A stretch of DNA of 64,000 nucleotides from Eledone cirrhosa (taxonomy: Eukaryota): NCBI GenBank assembly GCA_964016885.1, contig OZ024741.1, positions 162,750,001 to 162,814,000 of the forward strand, given 5' to 3'. The notes below the pieces were generated by a model. The model did not search any database. It worked only from the letters and a program-made list of their open reading frames with translations, and had not been told where the DNA came from. Every line of letters starts with the position of its first letter. Position 1 is the first letter of the stretch. Shown here piece after piece: positions 26,362 to 40,008 of this stretch. The translations under genes and the position numbers were made by a program.

Positions 26362-26892
26362 TTGTTATACTTTGGGAGGGTCATGTTGCCAATAAGAAAC
26401 ACACGCACCAGTTGCTTTCACTTCAATTTATTATATATTTATAAATTTACAAATTTATAAATTTATAAATTTCTGGTTGGTTGGTTGGTTCCACAACCAG
26501 ATAGTTGTTTATATATAGTCATAGTCCTTTCGTCACACACTCTGTGACCTCTTCAGTGGCTGGGGATTCCTTTCTTTGTTTCTGTGCCTCTCCTTTCTCT
26601 GTCCTACGCCATTTTGTATGGAAACAAAGATAACAAAGACCTGAAGAGGTCACAGAGTGTGTGACGAAAGGACTATGACTATATATAAACAACTATCTGG
26701 TTGTGGAACCAACCAACCAACCAGAAATTTATAAATTTATAAATTTGTAAATTTATAAATATATAATAAATTGAAGTGAAAGCAACTGGTGCATGTGTTT
26801 CTTATTGGCAACATGACCCTCCCAAAGTATAACAATATCGGTTTCAACACACGATTTCAGATAAAGAATCTTGCTAAACAAATTCAGAAACG

Positions 26893-26895
<3 letters not shown>
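26362..26895. mobile_element. Non-autonomous palindromic PLE derivative: two pseudo-LTR ends back to back
   Basis: Minus arm 26362-26617 has an HHR at 26517-26561 and the short end. Plus arm 26641-26895 starts at CTGAAGAG and has the long tail. Both sides are (TA)n. Confidence 0.9.
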
Positions 26896-26956
<61 letters not shown>

Positions 26957-27153
26957 GGTTATGCACGAGTGCATTAATGTTTTCCAGGACACAGTGTTAT
27001 GTACCGTGTAGGGGAATGTCAGCTTACAACAGAGTGGTGCTCAACGAAATGCAGAAAATAGGTGTATATTCCAGTTTAGCTATATTCCGGGGCGTGTATA
27101 AAGAATTAAAAAGAACAGAAAGATGCAGTAAAAGAGATTTATTCGGTTCTAAC

Positions 27154-27230
<77 letters not shown>

Positions 27231-27412
27231 AACACACAGACATACACAGAGAGGCACGCACACGCACATGCACCCACACACACATATATATATACACATA
27301 TATATGTATATATATATAATATATATGTATATATATATATAATATATATGTATAGATATATATATATATATATTAGGATTTAGCTTTAACATAACTGTAT
27401 ACAAATATGTAT

Positions 27413-27755
<343 letters not shown>

Positions 27756-27859
27756 CTGAAAGGAAATATTACCCAAGCTGTGAACAACTTTAAATTTAAT
27801 TCTGATAAAACTTGGTCTATTTTATAAAATAAATGCAAAATATTAGTGCATAGACGAAA

Positions 27860-30800
27860 TCATCATGACAAAACGTATAAGTCTCCTTCGACCAAATCGC
27901 AACTACAACCATTGTATACAATGGAGCTATGATCTCAACAAAGATTTATATGAAGCATACAAACAATCTGACCCCCAAAAGTTGGTTTTTATGCACAGGC
28001 TAAACACTTTGCTGAACTCCAAACGCCCAGAATTAGACGTTACCCCCAAACATTTAAATCAACAGGCAAAACTTATCATTAGATGTAAATTGATACATCT
28101 AATGGAACTGACGCTATGAACACGGCCATTGAAGATAATCATCCCACTTCCACTGACGGAGAATGGTCAGCTAAATCTAGCAGTAAACAACTCACCAACA
28201 ACGTAACTGAAATCCATAACTCTACTGTACAAACAGAACACCAAAAACTTGTGGACACCTAACAAGTGAAATGGGATAATAAGTTTCAAGAGATACACAG
28301 TCTTAATGTGAGTAACAGACCATACAACACCAGAATCAGTAAAGAGCCCACCAAATTGGACTTGGAAGCATTAAACGAAATAACTGACAATTATCTGAAT
28401 GCCACACGGTCCAAGGTGTGGAAATAACATATGAAATGCTTAATATTTTGTTATATGTTTCAGCTAGCACATTGCTATCCTATCATAAATATCTAAAACT
28501 ACGAAACCAAGATACAAAATTTTTGTCCCTGAGACGAAGTATCTCACAGATCACTGTAATTATAAAATACAACACAGAGAACAACTTCACACGACACCAG
28601 GAAAACTAGAGAGGTGATTTGGAGATACAAGATTTAAAATTCTAAACTTCAAACTACACCAGTTGCAATAACAACTCACAGCTGCAGCCGAAATACTAAA
28701 ATATAAGTCAACAGCACATAAACGGCAAGTGCTAAATAGATTATTTGCCAGAGATCCTAAATCAGTTCATCGCAGCTTCAATAGGAAAAGCTCAATCTCT
28801 GTAAATGACACCCTTACAAAAGAACAGGTTGAGAGCTACTGGAGAACTGTATTCGAAACGAATTACTGATTTAACAAACAAACTAAATGGTTAAAAGAAC
28901 TGGAACAGGAATACTGCCAAAACAATATGACATAGATGGGTCAATACCGAAAACAGCTCTACAGAAAATGTCGAATAGGAAATTACCAGGCCCAGACCTC
29001 ATAACAGGATACGGCAAGATCTCATACGGCTGTTTAGAGAAACCATCAAAGGCACACAAGAACTGCCCTAGTGGTTATCAACTGCCACTACTCTCCTCAT
29101 CCCCAAAATAGCCAAACCACCCTTGCTAAAAATTAACGCCCAATAGCCTGCCAGAAAACCATTATGAATTATACACTGGGTCCCTGTTCTTACAGGATCA
29201 TTGTGCTACCAACAACATTCTAACAACCGAACAAGCTGGTGGAAAGAAGGAGGTGTTGGGCTGCATAGATCACCTACTAACAAATAAAATGATACAGGGA
29301 AAAACGGCAAAGAATCACAGGAACATGACTGTAGTGTGGCTCGACTATCAGAAGGCTTTTGATAGTATACCTCATGGGTGGATTATTAAAGCTTTACAGT
29401 TAGCCAACGTCCCACAATAACTAGTAGCTGCTGTTGAACGCCTGACCAAGAACTGGTACATCAATTTGATCCTTAGGGGTGAGAAGGAGCTAATTAAGAC
29501 TGATACAATACACTACCAGAAAGGCATCTTTCAGGGTGATAGCTTATCAGTGCTGCTCTTCGTCCTCTCACTAAACCCACTATCATACCTGCTCACAAAA
29601 TAAAGTGGTCATAGAAGTGGGTCCAGAAGTATCTCCCATCTTTTCTTTGTTGGACCTCATTACACAATTTCTGCAGACATCAGAAGGAATTTGGTGAGTC
29701 CAAATGTACACATTTAACAGTAAAAAGTGAAAGGGTTGTACCCTCTAGAGATGAACGGCTTGACAATACAACCTCTACAGTCAGGTGTCAATTACAGATA
29801 TCTTGGACAGGATGAGAATGTCAGATATGATGAACCTATAAATAAGGAGAGAACCAGAACTGAATACCCTAGGAGAGTAAAGAAAATATGGTCATCAGAA
29901 CTATCAATGTACAACAAATACATTGCCCACTCCAATATTTGTTCTGCTGAACGGGTCATTGCAAGAACTAAGTGAGATGGATATAAGAACTCGCAAGCTT
30001 CTCAGTGTTACTGGAAATTTTAACATCAATGGTGATGTGGATAGGCTATTCTTATCACGCAAGGAAGGTGCCGAGGTCTAAAATCCATATTAACATCATA
30101 CGAGACCCGGAGAGTAACACTGAATCCACATCTTCAACAGAAGAAAAAGGTCAGCAACCATCTTGCCCAGGTTTATGAACATGAAGGAAATAATATCATT
30201 AGAATAGCCACTGATCTGGAGGAGAGATATGGAATAAGGCCTGATATAAATCTCTCTCCCAGGGAAATTGGAAGATCCTATTCAAAGTTCGAATAAGATA
30301 AAAAAATGGACCACTTTACAGAGAAAGTTGTGCATGGGTATGTAAGACGAAAAACACAGATTATAGAAGGGAGAAATCATTAAAAAAGCCTGTCATGGAG
30401 TTGCGACAAGTTTATGACATCGAACCTTGAAGGATATCTCTATGCAATACAGGAACAAGAAATCCCTACCAAATATCTGCTACAGAAAAGAGGAGGGCCA
30501 TCAGTCGACAACAAATGTAGGCTATGTAAAACAAAGATCTAACATGTTAGCCACATTATTGCCAACTGCGAAAGAATGTCGTCTCGCTACTACCTACCCA
30601 TGAGACACGATGTGATAGCTAGAACCGTCTGGAACGCACTTAGGAAAACATTAAAAACAAACGATGAGGGATATGTTAAGATAGATGGCGCTAAAGAATA
30701 CTGGTGGAACCTAAATATATAAACTACCACCAAATTAAAGCACAACCGGCCTGATATTGTTGTTTGGGACCACACATTGAAAACGCGCTCTGTTGTAGAG

Positions 30801-31005
30801 ATCAGCTGCCCACTTGATGTAAAAGTTGTAAGACAAATACAGCAGAAGGCGGACATCTACGGACCATTGATGAGGGGTTTGCAGATCCAGTATCCAAGAT
30901 ACACCTTCAACTTTAGACCCATCATTATCGGAGCTACAGGTTATATACCAGCCCGTTTGGACCAAAGTATAACTGAACAGACAACTGTTTATAAATTTAT
31001 AAATA

Positions 31006-31008
<3 letters not shown>
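27860..31008 (+). mobile_element. Degenerate R4/Dong-type non-LTR retrotransposon (RT + CCHC + restriction-like endonuclease)
   Basis: PGPDLI, WLDYQKAFDSIPHGWI, GIFQGDSLS, YRYLGQDE, CRLC...HIIANC, RHD, NRPDIVVWD and VEISCP motifs across broken frames. Ends at (TA)n. Confidence 0.88.
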
Positions 31009-31063
<55 letters not shown>

Positions 31064-31286
31064 AAATATAGAGAAAAATACTGCAGGTAGCACATGGATA
31101 ACATGTAATAAAATGAGTCCCTCATCAGTGATTTGCCGACGATCATAGATATTTCATTGCATTAAAAATCATATACCTCACGTCGGTGCAATAATAACCA
31201 AAATAAGTTATTAGGACAATTGAAACGCGTGAAGCGAGTGAGACAGGAGAACAACAAAGAGTATAGCTAACCGTAGGGGAAAGAAA

Positions 31287-31731
31287 CAGACGCTCACATA
31301 TATAACACATCTCACAAAACAAACAAGAAACACAATCACCACCAGACGCTCACATATATAACACATCTCACAAAACAAACAAGAAACACAATCACCACCA
31401 GACGCTCACATATATAACACATCTCACAAAACAAACAAGAAACACAATCACCACCAGACGCTCACATATATAACACATCTCACAAAACAAACAAGAAACA
31501 CAATCACCACCAGACGCTCACATATATAACACATCTCACAAAACAAACAAGAAACACAATCACCACCAGACGCTCACATATATAACACATCTCACAAAAC
31601 AAACAAGAAACACAATCACCACCAGACGCTCACATATATAACACATCTCACAAAACAAACAAGAAACACAATCACCACCAGACGCTCACATATATAACAC
31701 ATCTCACAAAACAAACAAGAAACACAATCAC
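31287..31731. repeat. Perfect 56-bp minisatellite x8
   Basis: Unit cagacgctcacatatataacacatctcacaaaacaaacaagaaacacaatcaccac starts at 31287, 31343 ... 31679. Confidence 0.97.
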
Positions 31732-31739
31732 TATCCAGC

Positions 31740-32042
31740 AAAATGGTATGGTCCCGTAACTCCTGATGGAGTCGTAGTGGCATACGGCGTTTCTTGGGCA
31801 TTTTAATTTGAAACAGTTGATTTCTTACAGGGAGAGATAGAAAGATAAAGAGAGGAAGTGAGACAGAGATATATAGAGGGAAAATCGCTCCCAGTATTGG
31901 ACCGGTATTTTTTTTATCGACCTCGAAAGGATGAAAGGCAAAGTCGACCTCAGCGGTATTTGAATTCAGAGAACAACAGCCGAAACAAACACCACAAAGC
32001 ATTCTATCCGACGTTCTAACAACTTTATTAATTCGCCGCCTT
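31740..32042 (-). mobile_element. SINE-related repeats on the minus strand
   Basis: The reverse complement has gaattcaaatac...gtcgactttgcctttcatcc and atgcccaagaaacgccgtatgcc, shared with 35249. Confidence 0.6.
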
Positions 32043-32078
32043 ACTTAGCAAGATAACACAGCTCATTATTTCACATAT

Positions 32079-32245
32079 ATCGATAGAGGGTCGGACGCCA
32101 TGCTTTCCAGCATAGTTACGTCCCTTTATGATCTCAGTTCAAATCCCGCCGAGGTTGACTTTGCCTTTCATCCTTACGGGGTCGATAAAATAAAGTACCA
32201 GTAATGCATTGGATAATTGCTGGCCTTGTACCTAAAGTATAAACA
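32079..32245 (+). mobile_element. 5'-truncated tRNA-derived SINE with a 14-bp TSD
   Basis: Near-identical to 44846-45029. ATTATTTCACATAT flanks it at 32065-32078 and 32246-32259. Confidence 0.85.
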
Positions 32246-33522
32246 ATTATTTCACATATTCAGTAAAATAGTAACTGAAATAATAGTTTCAAACATAGGC
32301 ACAAGATCAGAAATTTTAGTGGCACTTTATTTTATCAATTTTCGGAGGTTGAAAGGTTACGTTGATTGTGGTGGGATTTGAATGCAAAGAGCCAGCAAAA
32401 ATAGTGTTGAACGTTTGTCCGACAATCTAACAATTCTGTCAGACTGCTATCTTTATAATATCTTTATAATATGGTATATCCACCAACAATGCAGCTAGTG
32501 ATGCCACAGAAACACGCTTAAAACTGTTGATAATTTATACACTGTGTGACATTGAGTTTGTATATATGTGCCTGATAATTTATGTAGTGAGTACAGGCTC
32601 GGTTGCGTTAAAAAGTTAACTCCTCAACCATGTAGTATCGAGTCCGACTCCATTAGGCGGTATCTTGAGCAACAGTCCTTACCACAGACGCGCGTCAACG
32701 CAAGCTTTGTGAGTGAAATTCGGTAGACTGAAGCTGTATGGAAACTTGCCAGAGATATAATACTTGTAATTCAAAAGTTCAGTCTTGTCACATATTGTAT
32801 CACGTTTATTTTGCTCAAGAATTATATTAATAAGGATATACGCGTCTGAGGAATACTCAGCAACGTACCCATTAAGCTAACAAGTCAGTCATTCTGTTGA
32901 TTGAACAAGTGGTTTCTCATAGTCAAAACCGACGGAGGATCTATCATCTGTGTGTATATATGTATATATGTTTACTTACCTGTTAGAGTATTAGACAACA
33001 GGTTGACATGCGCGTTGTTTACCTGATCTTCTGCCACAGCTGGAACAAGAAGCAATCAATGGTGTTCATTAATCGACAGCTATTCTTACTTAAATTTTAT
33101 AGAATTGTATTTAGATTAAATTTAAGTGGGTTGATTTCCTAACAATAACCAACGACTTTAATTACAGGCGTATTAATGTGCTTTATTTTCATTGTAAAAA
33201 CTGTATACAACATTCTATATTTCTGAGTCCATGTTTAGTGAATGAAATCATCGTTCGCTAATTTCATAAGACTGTCAACTGTATTAGAATATTATATGGT
33301 TGCGCAACGAGCGGTTGATTGACACAATGTTTTGAGCGTCAGGCCATTGCTTTGCAAAATTTGTTTCAGCTCTTTTAACCTCTTAGTTCAAATCCCGCGA
33401 CGATCGACATCACCTTTCTGAATCAATAAACTATAGTACCAGTGAAGTGCCGGAGTAGATATACTCGACTTTCTCCGCCTCCCAAATTGCTGAACTTGTG
33501 CTTAAATCAGAAACCATTATTA

Positions 33523-33597
<75 letters not shown>

Positions 33598-33738
33598 GGA
33601 GGAGAGATTATACACGCGTTTGCGTAAAAGCAGTGAGAGAACTGGGAGAAAATAATATTGTCATAGAAAATACCTTGCAATTTTAGTTATACAAATCTAC
33701 ATTGGATTCAATCGAACAAATCGTTTTTGTCTTTCTCA

Positions 33739-33920
33739 TCTACTATATGAATGGCAATTTCTGTCTGTGATTCCGTGTATTTGTGTACTGTGTATAACCA
33801 GTTGGTGCCTACACCAGTAATCCGATCCTGATGAAACTTTACACACATGTTAGGCTAATTTCCAGAAGCAGCACTGGCTAATTGGATTTCAATAAAAATT
33901 AAAAATGGAACCCCTGGGGA
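33739..33920 (+). mobile_element. 5' end of a non-autonomous Helitron-like element
   Basis: a/TCtactata...ctgtctgt...ccgatcctgatgaaactttacac, a layout typical of such elements. Confidence 0.4.
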
Positions 33921-34584
33921 CATCTTTATAATAGAGGAGGAAAGAGAAGACGTTTCAGTGAGAGAGGGGGAAGAGGAGATACTACTACTTTATGCTAAAC
34001 CCTCCCTCCCACTACTCTCCTTCATTCTCCCACAACTCAGTCCTCCAAAAACAAAGCAATAATTTATTAGAAATATACATAAAGAAATTTCAAACAAAGC
34101 AGACGACAATCTAATTTTGGTTGACGACTGAACAGATGTCTTCGTATATATATATATATTTACATATATATATATGTATGTTAAAGGTAAACAGAAATAA
34201 CAACACAATATATATATAGATCACATCCACAGATATGGATTCTGAACACGTGCACACGCTTAGATATTATTAAGGTCAACTGCAGGAATCGGTGATAAGT
34301 CACAAAGAAATGTGATGATCAATGACCTGGAAGTTGGCTTACCACGAGATTAGTCCGAAGAATAAAACTCAAATCGTATGTTGACGAATAAACGTTCTCC
34401 CGGCATGTTAATTGTAACATGCCGTCTTTGAGAGTAGAGTTTATTTTGTCGATATTTCGATGTGTCGGATCGTGGGAAGATTAACACGAATTAAGAAGAT
34501 GCAACTTCGCCCCCATTATTGACACTTTGCAACAGTGAACGTTACAAGGCACTCTTTAGGGCCAACGCCTCTGATTGTTTATCC

Positions 34585-36272
34585 GACTTATTATGGTGTG
34601 TTTCCTCGGGTTATGTCTACTATAGGGGGAAAACGGGATGGTTTTATTGAATTCTTCAGTCATTCGAAGGTCTTTACAAGCGCTGATATACAGGGTGCTT
34701 GAACAGTACCTGAATATGTTCACTCGGTTATAATTTCTTCAATAATTGCGATGACTTCCTCAATTGTTCAGTGTTTGTTCTTGAGCGGTAAGGCAGTAAG
34801 TTTTCTATTCTTATACATAAGTTTGTTGAATAAGTTCGATACTCTTCGAGCTCAAACTCCTCCGGCTTATTCATTCTGAATGAAGAAAGCTGGATGCAAG
34901 GACTTATGACTTAAACAGCTATTGATAGTTCCACACAAAAAATTGATCTGCCATAAACACACCTAGTAAAGGTTGCTATTGAAAATCCAGTATGGGCAGC
35001 CAGGGTCGCTAGCATTTTCGAGCGAACTCTGCGAATAATCCCACCTTTCCCAGGTATTACCGTGTACAGCAGATAGTATATAATAAAAAGAAACATGCTT
35101 TCGCGGTTGATAAAAAAAGTACCAATCTAGTACTGGGATCGATTCTTCCTCTATACCTCTTTCTCACTTCTCTCTCACTTTCTATCTTTCTCTGGAAGAA
35201 GACTGCTGTGTTCAGACCTGGAGAAGGATGAGCTCCGCCTGACTTAAAATGCCCAAGAAACGCCGTATGCCACAGCGGCGCCCGTCAGGGGTTACCGGAA
35301 CTTACCATAAAAAGAAAGTTCCATGTGTTCACACAAATCAGTTTTGTGAGACAAAATGTCTTGTGTTATTTAGCTGTGTAACTTTACTCTGTGAGTTCAA
35401 TCTCGCTGTGGTCGACTTTGACTTTCACCATTCTGGGTTTGATAAATTAAAGCACCAGTCAAGCCAATGTCGATTTACACAACTATTAATTCACCCGAAA
35501 TATGTGGTTTTTTGTCAATGCTACAAATTCATAAAGTGTATGCGTGATAATAGGCTTTACCTTTTAAAGAAATAACGTTTTTTTTACCAATACCTTTTGA
35601 AGTTACAGTGACATATTTTCAAAATCTGAAATAAAAATGAAAAATAAATTATTACAAAAATATAATATTTTTAAAGGGTAAACTCATTTATGAACCACAT
35701 TATGTGCAACAGAAAAGAGAAAAAAAAAGAAAAAAAAGTAACACTCATACTTTTCCTAACGATACATAAGTGAATTCGCCTCAAAGGTGACTCTAAAATG
35801 AATCGATGTGTGTTTTAAAGAACTCGTTTCACTTGCATATACAATATTAATATTAGCATAGAAGTTAAATTTCTATTCCGACGAATGTACATTCTTATGC
35901 ATTAATATAGACGTTTCTCCCTCAATATTTCGGCTTATACCATGAAATCTATCTCTTATCGATAAGTGTGTAACATGTATGAAACATATTCGGATTTGTC
36001 TCCCGTACTTGCGAAGGTAATGATATTAATATTGTTTCTCCTTACTGCGCATTTATTTGTAGCTAGAATTTTAATGCTCCATGTATTAAATGCATTTTCA
36101 CAAATGTTTATCAGACTTATTATGGTGTGTTTCCTCGGGTTATGTCTACTATAGGGGGAAAACGGGATGGTTTTATTGAATTCTTCAGTCATTCGAAGGT
36201 CTTTACAAACGGTGATATACAGGGTGCTTGAACAGTACCTGAATATGTTCACTCGGTTATAATTTCTTCAAT
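34585..36272. repeat. Local ~160-bp direct duplication (34585-34744 and 36114-36272)
   Basis: gacttattatggtgtgtttcctcggg...ataatttcttcaata occurs twice with few mismatches. Confidence 0.9.
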
Positions 36273-39200
36273 AGTTGCTTTTAATGTGGACGTCGTCTCT
36301 GAGAAATATATTCTGTGCACAATTCTAATTTTGTACTCTAGCCATTTTCTTACATTTACTTAGTGGTTTTCTCACCACTACTTCGGCAAATACAATGAAG
36401 TCCATGCTTCGTTAATGAGGTTGAAACATATCCAGATTTGGGTCTCGTACTTGTCGAAAGAATTAAAACAATATTAGACAATGTCGTCAATGCACAATTA
36501 TATCTTGTTAATATTTTAATACCAAGGTTAGCTTTCGCTTTCATCCTTACGGGGTTGATAAAATAAAGCACCAGTAATACACTGGAGCCGATTTAATCGA
36601 CTTTCCCCTTCCCTTCAAATTGCTGACCTTGTGCCATGTTAATACTAACTTAACAAAAATAGCCAGGCAACAATGCATATATATGTGAATATATAGCAGA
36701 TCACTATGAATTAAAACTTTAACACCAGCATCAAAGATAGACACGTTAACAGAAATGTTATTGCTCAAATATATTTCCAAACTTTCAAAATTTATCTTAT
36801 ACATATCATGACTGGTCATCTGAAATGTAGAAAAACATTTAAAGCAATTAACATCTTAAAGCAGGGATAAGAGATTGGTAGCAGACAATGATCTCAGCTG
36901 ACCGACACAGTGTAAATATCTACATCTATGTTTTTTTTATATGGACATAGCATAGCCGAATGGTTAATAAGTTAATTTCAAAATCATTAGCTTCCGGATT
37001 CGGTCCCATTTTGTGGCGTTTTGGGCAAGTGATTTTACAGTAGCGACGGGTCGCCCCAAGAAATATAAGTGAAATATAATTGGGTAGACAGAAACTGTTT
37101 TGAAACTCATTGGATGTATAATATTTGTAATTCAAAAGGCTAGCTTTGACACACACTCTGTCGCGATGAATCTCTCAGATGATTATCCTAAGAGTACACG
37201 GGCCTGTCAAATACTCAGCCACTTACGCTTATTTAACTGGTTGGCTGGAACAATCACCGCTAAAGTTGACGGAAGACCATTTATCTTTATAATTTATAAT
37301 TCTTTCACGTAATTCAGTCAACATCTAATTAAACTATAAAAACTCGTTCACTGGATATTATTAAAAAATATAATTTGTCAGTTTTAACAATAGTTTTCCA
37401 TAGATTGAAAAAATATATTTACATTTAATATCAGTTTGAAATATCTGATAATCATTAAATATTTGCTAATTATCTTTTACTTATAACACCTAAATAGAAT
37501 AAGCACACATAGAAATATATTTCACCTGATTAGAGTGATTAATTAGCAGAATTGGTAGACCATAGGATAAAATGTTATTGCAATATATGTTCTAGCTTTT
37601 TATGTTTTGAGTTTAAATCCCACCAAAATCAACTTTGCTATTCACCCTTCCGGGGTTAATAAATAAAATACTAATCAAATACTGAGTTGATTTAATCAAT
37701 ATGCGCTTCTTTCAAATTTTCTGGCCTTGTGCCTAAATTAGAAATAAAAACTTATAATAAAGTATTACCTTTGCTCTTTTAAAAAGATCAAAACTTGTAT
37801 TGAATTTATAGTTAATATGATGTAATTTTATTGAACATGTAACTCCCAATTACGAACATGACATTCTGGAATACGAGAATGTGTTAATACACGTATACAT
37901 CCATAGCTTAAGCTCAGGCACTTCAAGTTAACATTTACGTATTCATGTTAAATTTTGCTGTCAAAATGAAATTTCATTCTCTATGTTGTTCTTCACTTTC
38001 AAACGTAGCGCAAGAGCCTGAAACGTTGCATACGTCACTTCTAAAGGTAATTTGAATTATCAAACTTTCCGATGAAATCTCATATGAACTTATTGTTGCC
38101 AACACAGGCTATCACCAGTTTCTTTGGATTTCGGATCTTTCTCTATTCTAAAAATATTCCTCATTTGTGAATTTATTGAACAATATTGATTTTTGATCAA
38201 TTAAATCAATTCTGCGATTTATTTAATGTTAAAATGATTATTTCGTTGAAGAGCAGTTACATGACTGTCTTTATCATTAACATAACTACATGTAATTTCA
38301 CAAGTTATAATAATCAACTGGGCAGGTTTATCTTAAATCACTACATCTGCTGTAAAATGTCAATTCTACACTTCAATTTTAATCAGCAAATGAAGAAAAA
38401 AATATTTCCATATTAATGTGATGAGTTATAAAAAGAGCAAATAATAAAAAATAAAAAATATATTTATGGCATGACAATTGCTTGAAGTTTCTTCATCAAA
38501 TCCATTAATTAATGGAAGATAAAACCAAACTTTCTTGAGAAAAGTAATTACGCTCTTTTAGTTATGTTCAAGGTAGGCGCTAAGCCCTGAAAGTTAATGG
38601 AACATTTTTCTCTTATAGTACCAAAACGGAAAGGAGCCGAGCGTCAGGTCAGACGAAGGACACTGTTTCCATTGACCTCTATTTGGGTCAAACGAGACAG
38701 ATTGAAATTCAACCCGATTCTTTAAAAGTTCCTCCAATCCATCGCCTATTGACAGTTACTTTGTTTATTGACTCCGGGGTCGATAAATAAAGTCAATCTT
38801 TATTATCTGCACGAAACCTAGAACTGTTTTCCTTCTGGCTACTGCATCAATCTAAACACCATGTTTCCTCTGATACCAATCATAAGTTTTCATCTACATG
38901 ACAATTTTAAAGAAATATTTGATGCATTATGTGGAATCAATATATTATATTTAACTAATTACAAGAACAAATTTGTCAATAATGATTATGACACACGAGA
39001 ATTTGGTTACACAAATTCGATACACTATAAATGTTGAACTTATATGAAAGTGCAACAGAATACACATGCAGAAAACAACAGCACTATCTAAGTATGTACA
39101 CCAGCATAACAAACACCAAACCTATTTTAAAATAATCAAATAAAGGGGGATATGTGACGGCTATAAACAGGAAATTCAGCAAGAAAAGTATCATTTAAAC

Positions 39201-39963
39201 AAAAATTACTTTGCATACATTAAATATAGAGTCCACAAAAGGTAAATGATAGAAATACATAAAATAATTTTAAACGAAATAAGACAAATCAATTTTCAAT
39301 GAATATATATGTAACTCAAAGCCGAGAAAATTACTTTATAACAAATAAATTCTTTCGAATTACATATAGGTATCAAGATAATAAATGGGAGAAAATATCT
39401 GGTGATTGAAAGACGACGGATTTTTATATTAAAATTGAAGTAAGAATATATTTTAGTTGAGCGATTCTCTCTCTGACACACACACACGCACGCACGCACA
39501 CACCCGCGCTGGAATCTGTAATCTAATAACAATAGTGGAATAAGTTAATTCGTATTTTAAAATATTCATGGCACAATTTGTGGCCTTGTGTCAATGTTAG
39601 AAATCAATAGTAATGGAAGAATTCTGAAGGTGATAATATGTCTGTGTAAATAAAAACATGTAATTGCTCATACATTCGAGTAGTAGTACGGTAGCAGCAG
39701 GAGTAGTAGCAGTTGTGAATTCTTTAGTGCACTATGATTTGGTATTTATTTTATCGGATGCAAAAAGGAGAAAAAGCAAAGTTGAATGTTGAAGGATTGT
39801 ATCTCGAAATGTAAATCGCATAAATTGAATAGTGTAAAGGATTTATTGTGTCGCTCCGATGTTTTTTCGAACCCACCGTTTATTTCTGTAATAACAATTT
39901 TAATTTCGCACATTATAGCAAAGTCAGAAATTTGGAAGAGAGAATCATAGGAGATTGTTTCTT

Positions 39964-40008
39964 CTCTAGTTGATAGCTAATAGATCCTCTATTAGCTATC
40001 AACTAGAG
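39964..40008. repeat. Perfect hairpin, 21-bp arms and 3-nt loop
   Basis: ctctagttgatagctaataga-tcc-tctattagctatcaactagag. Confidence 0.95.

Noticed and set aside
31110-31235. CTGATGAG (minus, ~31121-31128) and GAAACGCGT (plus, ~31222)
   Set aside because: The boxes lie on opposite strands with no consistent stems.
31287-31731. CRISPR-like array
   Set aside because: The units are contiguous and identical with no unique spacers, there are no cas genes, and the context is eukaryotic.
33827-33840. CTGATGAAAC as a hammerhead core
   Set aside because: There is no stem II between the boxes. The context fits a Helitron-like 5' motif.
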